DNA from: Candidatus Micrarchaeota archaeon
GTDB lineage: Archaea; Micrarchaeota; Micrarchaeia; Micrarchaeales; Micrarchaeaceae
Assembly (NCBI GenBank): GCA_030037075.1
Contig: JASHRX010000023.1
Location: 4,008 to 68,007 of the forward strand
Length of the DNA: 64,000 nt
Direction: 5' to 3'
Of the stretch, positions 23,601-30,339 are shown piece by piece. A program made the translations under genes and the position numbers. Position 1 is the stretch's first letter. Each line of letters begins with the position of its first letter. The notes below the pieces were generated by a model that was given only the letters and a program-made list of their open reading frames with translations, was not told where the DNA came from and ran no database searches.

Positions 23601-25137
23601 AGGGCTTGGGCGTCGCCGCTACTGCGTTGTTCGTTATCGTGATTGGTACGTAGTCTGTTATGTTGATCGGAACTACTTTTGCTGATGGGTCTACAGGGCT
23701 GTAATTTGCATTGCCAGGGGAGTCAAACGTCACCAACGCATCCTTTCCTGCAGGTAGCCCATTGATCCGCAATGTTCTGCCAACATTGCCGTCCGTCACG
23801 TTCGCAGAGTAACCGTTAAACACCCTGCCCCCTACAGTTACATTATAGCCGAACTCAAGGTTGTTATGCGGTACGCTTCCGTTCAACGTTATTGAAACGT
23901 TGTAGGTCTTCCTGCCGTCAAGGACAGGGACATCCACCACATCTGTTGCGCCCGATCCCGATATCTTAACACCAGCTACCGACAAGGTGAGCGAAGGCGT
24001 GGCCTTGACGACCGCAACCCTATAATGCAAAATGCTGTTGCTGCCGCTGTAGGCCACATAGTTGAACCTACTTCCTGCACCAACTAGGTTGCCCTTAGAG
24101 TAGAACGAGCCATAAGTTACATTAAACACAACATTCTGTACAGATGCGTTAGTTATATTGCCCTCCAGCAAGCCTAGTACGTTCCGATATTGGCTTCCAT
24201 TGAGCGGCGTCATGTTCTGGAGCTGCGGTAGGCTAAATTGGCTGCCGATGAGCAGCTCGCCGCTCTCCGAAAGTCCACCGACAAGCGGCCCGTAGGGCGA
24301 GTTTGTTGCAAGGTTCTGCCCCTCGGGAATGGTGGTGCTTGTTGAAGATGTGGTGCTCGTAGTAGTGGTTGCCGCTTGCGCAAAATATGTTACGTTGAGA
24401 GAGCTTCCGGCCGCCAGTATTCCATTGGCTGGGTGCGGCTCATAGACGTAGTTGCCAACCACCACTGGAAGTATATCAAATGGGTAGTTCCCAGGAAGGC
24501 TTGTAAAAACAATCGAGCCGGGGGCGATAACGTTTACTGGTACCGAGTTATATGTGGCCTCCCACGGCGCGTTTATTGGTAAGCCCCCCTCGGTAAATAC
24601 CGTATAGATTTTCAGCTGTATGGTTGTGGTCACAGTGCTTTGTGTGGTTGTTGAGGTTGCCGTAGATGTTGCTGATGTCGTTACCGTGGTTGTTGAAGTT
24701 GAGGATGCCTCGGTCGAATTAAAAGTAATCGCAGTGGAGTTTCCTGCAACAACGTAGCCGTTCGACGGCATGGCTGTGAAGACGAGTCCATTCTGAGGTT
24801 GCGCATATGCACTGAAGTTGTAGCCCCCTGGCACCACCTGGAATATTATATTGGATGGTGACACAGCCTCTTCTGTCACTCCGTTATACACCACTCCCCA
24901 CACATATCCAGCTTCCAGCCCAGATTCGTAGAAATTTGCGTACGCAGTTTCGGGTACTGTGGTAGAAGACGAAGAGGTTGTGGATGTAGTTGTGCTAACA
25001 GTAGTCGTATCTGAATTGCTGTCCTGGAACATAAGCTTGTGCTGTGGGGCAGAGGCAATGTGGCTGGCCTGCAGTAGCGCTATTATGACTACCGCAAGCA
25101 AAATTGCAGCAAAACAGCTGCGTTCTAGCACCCCCAT
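20656..25137 (-). CDS. Giant (1493 aa) secreted multi-domain surface protein or adhesin ending in the same Cys-terminated domain as the three small paralogs
   Basis: Signal peptide (..HIASA|PQ), Ser/Thr-rich linkers, and three ESGLP-type beta domains. Two large internal repeats start with (Y/W)VPIT(I/L)TNN; I read them as DUF2341-like plus concanavalin/LamG-like. There is also an Ig-like domain (GGSGSYTWQWY). The C-terminal 125 aa ends TYTQNIVLTNVC-stop. Many N-x-S/T sequons. Confidence 0.85.
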   Translation of the reverse strand: MGVLERSCFAAILLAVVIIALLQASHIASAPQHKLMFQDSNSDTTTVSTTTSTTSSSSTTVPETAYANFYESGLEAGYVWGVVYNGVTEEAVSPSNIIFQVVPGGYNFSAYAQPQNGLVFTAMPSNGYVVAGNSTAITFNSTEASSTSTTTVTTSATSTATSTTTQSTVTTTIQLKIYTVFTEGGLPINAPWEATYNSVPVNVIAPGSIVFTSLPGNYPFDILPVVVGNYVYEPHPANGILAAGSSLNVTYFAQAATTTTSTTSSTSTTIPEGQNLATNSPYGPLVGGLSESGELLIGSQFSLPQLQNMTPLNGSQYRNVLGLLEGNITNASVQNVVFNVTYGSFYSKGNLVGAGSRFNYVAYSGSNSILHYRVAVVKATPSLTLSVAGVKISGSGATDVVDVPVLDGRKTYNVSITLNGSVPHNNLEFGYNVTVGGRVFNGYSANVTDGNVGRTLRINGLPAGKDALVTFDSPGNANYSPVDPSAKVVPINITDYVPITITNNAVAATPKPFQQMLVVNSITYQAYESSNMSNIEFFYTNGTLVPSWFEGNQLNELQANSLNTVSNDVFWLNLWNGINPSSANAVTVFMGFAPTSINLLDNVVTGAAPQLQCPYGCPETSYGQYDNGNSVFLEYWNFSNGLPAGWSSSASLTDPGNGIRITRATVAVNSPLVNPGNIVEANFYITTNGMTYRPGAFYFGKSGSGAATTTWALSETGGDVANAVYIAFNGMHILMGTAVKTVTHNVSYGGAIMTPVSTTYGLSTQYLPASNAIYAVNDLIVSSNTPAANTPASQQYYIEFISQATDGAAYGLNWTRVRAYPPNGIMPSVTFNSLPPNPGHPTVTITPDNPIITPGGNVLLTASATGGSGSYTWQWYTSPTYACNSLSILSGQTSATYLAAPAIPTYYCAVANSLVSGVYLLGNASSFVSTPIIPPNIIYWVPITLTNNQNVGTGTGFQEMVAVNSLEYQQYETNTLTNIEFAYTNGTLIDSWLDGNLVNEQSSNDLYTSGNTVYWLRMNTGLGIGDLSSQVILMGFAVNSVTLMNGTTTGEAPQLSCSNPTNTISGCGSDQYAEYDNGNTVFSFYDDFRGAALNTSKWSGTVGGTGASETVDNGLKLTAETADSAGIVSLNAYTAWPYWFAGLITTPKTLQGSTKTAGFEESTSVTFAAGGKGYESGYMVGSNGLAGSANVVPIQISSSGTAALGTKILSNGNFPQVLGIGWNATASQNQHYDYFANSVTTLSTIPINAMYFSVVLAATTPTSSTNSFTVQWVNARTYPPLGIMPGATPGTLEGVINFTESGLPAGATWNVIYNGITLNAIAPNSIVFADPPGSYSYTIANVFSAGNYIPNPSSGTSAAPNTVLVSFTNTNACQISLSTSSILFGDIIASETYSTTQVVTDVNNGGVPAYLWVYGGDWISGDNNFGVGNTLWDVTSDDSYAGNALTLVTSNTFVLIPANTGSGGSNSIYFGLGIPTGQVAGTYTQNIVLTNVC
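21268..22326 (-). repeat. Internal protein-level repeat B of the giant gene (DUF2341-like + lectin-like module)
   Basis: Residues ~938-1290 (IIYWVPITLTNNQNV...NIEFAYTNGTLIDSWL...GEAPQLSC...YDNGNTVF...ARTYPPLGIMP) align by eye with residues ~493-830. Confidence 0.7.
22648..23661 (-). repeat. Internal protein-level repeat A of the giant gene
   Basis: Residues ~493-830 (ITDYVPITITNNAVA...NIEFFYTNGTLVPSWF...GAAPQLQC...YDNGNSVF...VRAYPPNGIMP). Confidence 0.7.
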
Positions 25138-25187
25138 GACTAGACCTATACCAATTTTTGAGTATATCTTCCAAGATATATATTAAT

Positions 25188-25976
25188 CTAGTACTTCTTC
25201 CTGAAGCGTTGGATGAATCTCTGCCAGAACGAAGCATAAACCGGCTGCATCACCGGAGCCCCGCCTCCTCCGCGCGATGCGTATTTGTTAGACACGCCCT
25301 TCATGGCCTTCGAGAAGCGCGCCCTCGGTTTGTATAGGTATGCAGGTATATGCGCCGCGATGCTCATGGGTATCGCCTCATCAGCGGGCAGCACCCCCGC
25401 AACATCCCCTTCGTACATGTCCGCTATCTCGTTGACGTTCAGCTCCCATCTCGAATATCCCACCTTGTTCACAATCAAAGAGTGCTTCAGGTGCAGCTTG
25501 TCGTACGCGTCAGACAGCCTGACCGCGCTCGCCGAAGAGGGCATGTCAGGCACCGTCACTATTATATCTTCATCGAAGTTCTTCAGCGCAATTCCGGAAT
25601 CGTATCCCGGCGCCGTATCAACCACGACAAAATTGTAGTTGGACTTCCTGAGTTGCTGCATGAAGCTTGAGATGGCCCCCGGCCTCTGAATGAAAGCCGA
25701 TGTCTTTATTTCTCCAGGGAGCACGTGCAGCCCGCTCGGTGCATGTATTGATACGGCCTTCTCCAGTTTCGCTCTCTTGAGTATCACTGCCTGAACTCCC
25801 GCATTTGTCTCCTCCAAACCAAGGTGGAAGCCAACGCTCGGGTTTACGAAATCCATATCGACAAGCAGGGTCTTGTAGCCGTAGCTTCTGATCGCAGCGG
25901 CCAGGTTGGTCGAGATTGTGGTCTTGCCCACGCCCCCCTTCTGGGATGACACTCTTATCATGTACGGCTTAGGCAT
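25188..25976 (-). CDS. MinD/ParA-family P-loop ATPase with a C-terminal amphipathic helix
   Basis: Deviant Walker A SSQKGGVGKTT, LLVDMD, VVVDTAPG; C-terminal SFWQRFIQRFRKKY. The start overlaps or abuts the stop of the upstream 574-aa gene (alternative ATG at 25961). Confidence 0.85.
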   Translation of the reverse strand: MPKPYMIRVSSQKGGVGKTTISTNLAAAIRSYGYKTLLVDMDFVNPSVGFHLGLEETNAGVQAVILKRAKLEKAVSIHAPSGLHVLPGEIKTSAFIQRPGAISSFMQQLRKSNYNFVVVDTAPGYDSGIALKNFDEDIIVTVPDMPSSASAVRLSDAYDKLHLKHSLIVNKVGYSRWELNVNEIADMYEGDVAGVLPADEAIPMSIAAHIPAYLYKPRARFSKAMKGVSNKYASRGGGGAPVMQPVYASFWQRFIQRFRKKY

Positions 25977-27693
25977 TCTCGTCTCCTTTTATCCTGTTTT
26001 TGATCCTCGCCAACTTTATCATGTCCTCATGGGTGTACTTAGGCTCTCTCTTCCTGTACGCACGTTCAATAGTCAGCAAGATAATTAATATTATCGTTGC
26101 AGCTCCTATCCCAGCAAGCGCAACTTTAGCCTTCTGCAACTGGGCTGCCGTCTCACTTTCTGAAGCCTGGCTGCCTTTTGTCGTGGTAGTCGCCTTTCCT
26201 CCCTGGGGGGCCAGCACTAAAACAGGTATGCTCTGCGATAGGTTGAACTGCGCTGAGCTTATGTACAGGTTGTATATCAGCGTTCCAGTAAAGTTGCCCA
26301 CCGATGTGTAAAAAGAGCGCTGCAGCAGCTGGTTGGGCGTCGCATTCACCACCTGCACCGGATTTCCGATGCTGGTCGAGAGCGGGCCTGTCAAATAGAA
26401 GGTAACCGGCTGCGAGAGGGTTCCCGTGTAGAAGACCGATACGGATATGTTGCCAGATGAATCTGTGTAAAGCTGCGGCGCGTGTATGTCAACAACTTTG
26501 ATAAGGCTGCTGCTCGATACGGGAGTTGGCGCAGCGAAGATGTTCTGCGCGAACGAAACCAGTTCCGGCTTCGTTATATTTGTCACTTGGTAGTATGCAT
26601 AGAGCTGCTGACCTGCGAGTATCTGGCCCACGCTCCAGGTTATCGTGTACCCATTCGGCCCTAGCGTCACGTTATTCGGAAGGCCATACGCCGATATGTC
26701 CGATATGTTGTTTATTGCGGGAGCTGGAAGCACGGTGAACAGAGTTCCATTGTATATGGAGCTGTTCCCGTTGTTAACAATCTCTATTACCCCGCTAAGC
26801 GACCTTAGAGAGTCTGTCAGGTATGTCTGGCCAACTACCTGCAGGCCATTGTTCAGCGCGCTGTAAACCGTGAATGTAAGGTATTCTGTCTGAATGTGGG
26901 TTGGGGACCCTATTACAGATACGTTCACTATCAGCGGTACGATATAGGTTCCAGGAGTGGTATTCGCATTAGTTTTGAAGGTGGCCTCCAGGCCCGCCGT
27001 CTGCCCGGGCGAAAGCTTCAGGCTTGTAACCGAGAGGCTAAGCAGGCGCGTGAAGTTCGAGCCCACGTTGAGCGTCACGGTCTCGTTCGCGTTAGCCGTG
27101 GACAGCAGGGCTATCTGGGTCACAAGCCCCTGCCCCGCTATTGCCGATGTAGTGAGAGGTATTGTCGTTATCGATAAACCTGGCACGGGCGTTATTGGTG
27201 GAGGTCCTCCGCCTCCGCCGCCCCCTCCGGAGTTGCGGTTGCCGTTGTTAGACTGCGTAACATCAAACTGGAGGCTGCTGGAGGGCGACGTCTCGTACGC
27301 GCTGTCCAGGTAGTACCCTGCGAATGCGCTAAGCGTATAGGTGCCCTGGTCAGGTATCGCCCCAGATATGTAAACTACTGCGTTCTCCGCCTGGCTGGGC
27401 GAAAGCGGCACCAGCTGGTATGTAGAGGTAAAGGAGGACGGCCCCGCGATTGATACGTTTAGTATCACGTTCGTCGCAGCGTACGATCCATAGTTTACCA
27501 AAGTCACGTTGAGCGGTACTGTCGAGCCTGTACTGAAGCTAGAGGCGGTGCTCAGGTTCGTTATCAGGACTGCGTTTCCTATGACTGATACGTTGGCCAA
27601 TACAGAACCGCCGCTGCTAGCGGCAGATATAGCTGCAAACTGCAGCGCAGCCACAAAAATCAATCCAGCTATGAGCGCGAAGTTACTTTTCAT
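25969..27693 (-). CDS. Sec-exported multi-Ig-like (CARDB/NEW3-like) protein with a C-terminal TM anchor
   Basis: Signal peptide, a CARDB-like first domain (PLNVTLVNYGSYAATNVILNVSI), a G8P3 hinge, further beta domains, TM VALAGIGAATIILIILLTI, and a basic tail. Confidence 0.75.
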   Translation of the reverse strand: MKSNFALIAGLIFVAALQFAAISAASSGGSVLANVSVIGNAVLITNLSTASSFSTGSTVPLNVTLVNYGSYAATNVILNVSIAGPSSFTSTYQLVPLSPSQAENAVVYISGAIPDQGTYTLSAFAGYYLDSAYETSPSSSLQFDVTQSNNGNRNSGGGGGGGGPPPITPVPGLSITTIPLTTSAIAGQGLVTQIALLSTANANETVTLNVGSNFTRLLSLSVTSLKLSPGQTAGLEATFKTNANTTPGTYIVPLIVNVSVIGSPTHIQTEYLTFTVYSALNNGLQVVGQTYLTDSLRSLSGVIEIVNNGNSSIYNGTLFTVLPAPAINNISDISAYGLPNNVTLGPNGYTITWSVGQILAGQQLYAYYQVTNITKPELVSFAQNIFAAPTPVSSSSLIKVVDIHAPQLYTDSSGNISVSVFYTGTLSQPVTFYLTGPLSTSIGNPVQVVNATPNQLLQRSFYTSVGNFTGTLIYNLYISSAQFNLSQSIPVLVLAPQGGKATTTTKGSQASESETAAQLQKAKVALAGIGAATIILIILLTIERAYRKREPKYTHEDMIKLARIKNRIKGDENA

Positions 27694-27780
27694 GCTAACA
27701 CAAGCGTGCGGCCTACACGCTAACAGCTAAACCTTCCTTTAACGGAAATAAAAGGCTTCCGCTATCTTGTGGTAAAAGAG

Positions 27781-27855
27781 CGGGCCCAGGGGGATTTGGA
27801 CCCCCGACCTACTGGTTAAGAGCCAGCCGCTCTGACCAGGCTGAGCTATGGGCCC
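27781..27855 (-). tRNA. tRNA-Lys (CTT), intron-less
   Basis: The minus strand reads GGGCCCA-TA-GCTC-AGCCTGGTCA-GAGC-G-GCTGG-CTCTTAA-CCAGT-AGGTC-GGGGG-TCCAAAT-CCCCC-TGGGCCC-G (75 nt). Confidence 0.9.
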
Positions 27856-27932
27856 TCCAAAGTGTTGTGTATCAACAATATAAAGCACTTTTTATCAATC
27901 GGGTCTTTAAGCCTGCGTTCCAAGAGCTAAGC

Positions 27933-28583
27933 ATGCAGCTAGCTCAGTTGGAGGCCATAGTCGCCACAATCATAGTCACTTTCTTCGCCGCTGTGCTCGC
28001 CATATTAATGACGCAGTCGTACCTGAAGAACAGGAAGAGGAGCCACATGTTCTGGAGCCTAGGCCTGTGGGTCTTCGTCCTCAGCGCCTTCCTCGAAATC
28101 CTCTTTGCGCTGAACATATACTCCGCAATACTGATGGCCGCCTATCTCTATTCAGTAGTCATACTGGTGCAGCTCCTTTCGCTGGGCTCGATACAGCTAA
28201 TATCGTCAAAAAGGATAATCAACAGCTACACGATATTCACCGCTATAGTTGCTGTCGTCGCTCTGATTTCTGTAATAGTGGGTCCAATCAAAAACCTGAT
28301 TGTAAACTACATAGTCTTCGGCCAGCCGACGCTGTTTATAGTGGTCGCGTCCTCCCTCGCCGTCTTCCCTGCAGCAGTAGTGCTGATATGGGTCGCTGCG
28401 ATAGGCTACAAGCATACGAGATCAAATAAGATGCTCGGCATCATCGCCGGGGTTTTCATAATATCTATAGCAGGAACGCTCTACATCGTATACTTCCCAT
28501 CGGTCCTGTACATAGCAGAGCTGCTGGGCGTCTTCCTGCTCTTTTATGGATTCTACAGCCCACCACGCAAGAGGGTAAAGTAG
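27933..28583 (+). CDS. Polytopic membrane protein of unknown function
   Basis: About 6-7 TM helices. The ATG at 27933 sits downstream of a TATA-like AATATAAAG; the ORF-track start at 27867 would overlap that promoter. Confidence 0.55.
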   Translation: MQLAQLEAIVATIIVTFFAAVLAILMTQSYLKNRKRSHMFWSLGLWVFVLSAFLEILFALNIYSAILMAAYLYSVVILVQLLSLGSIQLISSKRIINSYTIFTAIVAVVALISVIVGPIKNLIVNYIVFGQPTLFIVVASSLAVFPAAVVLIWVAAIGYKHTRSNKMLGIIAGVFIISIAGTLYIVYFPSVLYIAELLGVFLLFYGFYSPPRKRVK

Positions 28584-28976
28584 TCACACTCTTTTCCTGA
28601 AGTAGAATATTATAGACAGGGCTATCAGTGCATCCAGCGATAGGCACCATATGCATATTCTAAGCAACAAATACTGAGCGACGATTGAGTACATCATGCC
28701 GCCTATGCCACCAAGGAACCAGATGTCCGATACGACGCCCAACCTGTTCTTGAAGTAGGAGAACGGCACCAGGGCCAATATGAACCATGTTAAAGACCAT
28801 ACGGCTAACGGGACGTGCAGGATCACGGAATACTGGCTTGTTATCACAGACTCGCAGTTGATGATGTTGCCGCTCCCGCACACCAACGCGCCTGGGTAAT
28901 AGTGAACATAAGTAACATATATCGATACGAGTATGCCCACTATAAGAACAGCAAGGAGCGGCTTGTTTATGTTCAT
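28584..28976 (-). CDS. Vitamin K epoxide reductase (VKOR) family membrane thiol oxidase
   Basis: Four TM helices, a loop cysteine pair CGSGNIINC (7 residues between), an SQYS..HVP motif, and the active-site CIWC in the last TM. Confidence 0.75.
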   Translation of the reverse strand: MNINKPLLAVLIVGILVSIYVTYVHYYPGALVCGSGNIINCESVITSQYSVILHVPLAVWSLTWFILALVPFSYFKNRLGVVSDIWFLGGIGGMMYSIVAQYLLLRICIWCLSLDALIALSIIFYFRKRV

Positions 28977-30322
28977 ATTTTCGCCACCTTCTTGGCAAAA
29001 GCGCTCAATATGTTGTCAAGAGCAGGCCCCTTCGGCTTCAGTTCGTAGTAAACCTGCACGAACGGCTTGTTAACGTTCAGCACCTCTCTAAGGTTGGTCG
29101 GGGTCGCGGATAAGACTATGTCGCACTCCGCCCTGTTTATTGTTGTCTGCATGTCTCTGACCTGTTTCGGGCTGTATCCCATAGCTGGCAGCTCCTTCCC
29201 CAGCTTTGGGTACTTCGTATAAGTGTCCCTTATGGTGCCCACCGCGTATTTCTTGGCGTCTACCACCTTGCCAACCTTGTAAAGCTTCGCGGCAACAGTG
29301 CCCGCACCGAAGGTCATTCCGCCGTGGGTTATTGTCGGGCCGTCCTCTATTATCAGTGCGCTTGCGCCCTTTATTATCTTGGTGTTGTCAGGAGAGACTA
29401 TGGACTCCGCATATACAATTTCAGCGTCTTTGTTCCTGCTCCTGATGTCCGTTACCGCCAGGTCGATGTTTTTCTTTGTTGCGGAGTTGATTTTGTTGAT
29501 GAGGAAGACGTCAGATATCCTTACCACAGATTCGCTCGGATAGTAAAGGATCTCGTCCTCCGGCCTTAGAGGGTCGATTACCATGATGAGCATATCGGGC
29601 TTGATGAAAGGCGCGTCATTGTTCCCCCCATCCCAGAGTATCACATCCGCTTCCTTCTCAGCCGCCCTCAGCACCTTCTCGTAGTCCACGCCGGCATAAA
29701 GCACGAACCCGTTCCTTATGTGCGGCTCATAGTCCTCGCGCTCCTCTATGGTGCACTTATACTTGTCGAGGTCCTTCAGCTTCGTGTAACGCTCAACAAT
29801 CTCGTCTTTGAGTATCCCGTAAGGCATCGGGTGCCTTATCACCACTACCCTTAGGCCTTTCGCTTTAAGGTATCTCGCAATGTACCTGGTTGTCTGGCTC
29901 TTCCCCGATCCGGTCCTGGCGGCGCATACCGCTATCACAGGTTTCGATGACTTTATCATCGTCCTGCTGGGTGCTACAATCCAGAAATCCGCCCCTGCAG
30001 CATTAGCCACGCTCGACTTGTGCATTACCTCTGCATACGGCAGGTCGCTGTACGCCTGTACACACACGTCTGCCTCGAATCTTTTTATCAGGCTAGCAAG
30101 CAGAGATTCGTCAAATATGGGTATCCCCTTGGGATACAGGCTCCCGGCAAGCTCCTTTGGGTACGCCCTGTTGGCAATGAAAGGTATCTGATTCGCAGTG
30201 AAGGCAACTACTTCATAATCCGCATTGTTCCTAAAAAGCACATTGAAATCGTGGAAGTCGCGGCCCGCCGCCCCGATAATTATGACCTTTTTCCTTCCCA
30301 TATTTACCGCTTCACTTACCAT
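28973..30322 (-). CDS. COG2403-family P-loop protein (predicted GTPase / cyclic 2,3-diphosphoglycerate synthetase-like)
   Basis: KKVIIIGAAGRDFHDFN N-terminus and Walker A ARTGSGKSQT. A family call from memory; an alternative ATG at 30301 is possible. Confidence 0.5.
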   Translation of the reverse strand: MVSEAVNMGRKKVIIIGAAGRDFHDFNVLFRNNADYEVVAFTANQIPFIANRAYPKELAGSLYPKGIPIFDESLLASLIKRFEADVCVQAYSDLPYAEVMHKSSVANAAGADFWIVAPSRTMIKSSKPVIAVCAARTGSGKSQTTRYIARYLKAKGLRVVVIRHPMPYGILKDEIVERYTKLKDLDKYKCTIEEREDYEPHIRNGFVLYAGVDYEKVLRAAEKEADVILWDGGNNDAPFIKPDMLIMVIDPLRPEDEILYYPSESVVRISDVFLINKINSATKKNIDLAVTDIRSRNKDAEIVYAESIVSPDNTKIIKGASALIIEDGPTITHGGMTFGAGTVAAKLYKVGKVVDAKKYAVGTIRDTYTKYPKLGKELPAMGYSPKQVRDMQTTINRAECDIVLSATPTNLREVLNVNKPFVQVYYELKPKGPALDNILSAFAKKVAKI

Positions 30323-30339
30323 ACATAAATAGTTAGCGG

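Noticed and set aside
25188-25976. The ParA/MinD gene as a marker of an integrated plasmid or partition cassette.
   Set aside because: There is no ParB-like gene, centromere-like repeat array, integrase or replication gene nearby. The gene is translationally coupled to a surface-protein gene.
27190-27235. A G/C-rich low-complexity DNA tract (ggtggaggtcctccgcctccgccgccccctccgg) as a possible repeat or regulatory element.
   Set aside because: It simply encodes the Gly8-Pro3 hinge of the 574-aa surface protein on the minus strand.
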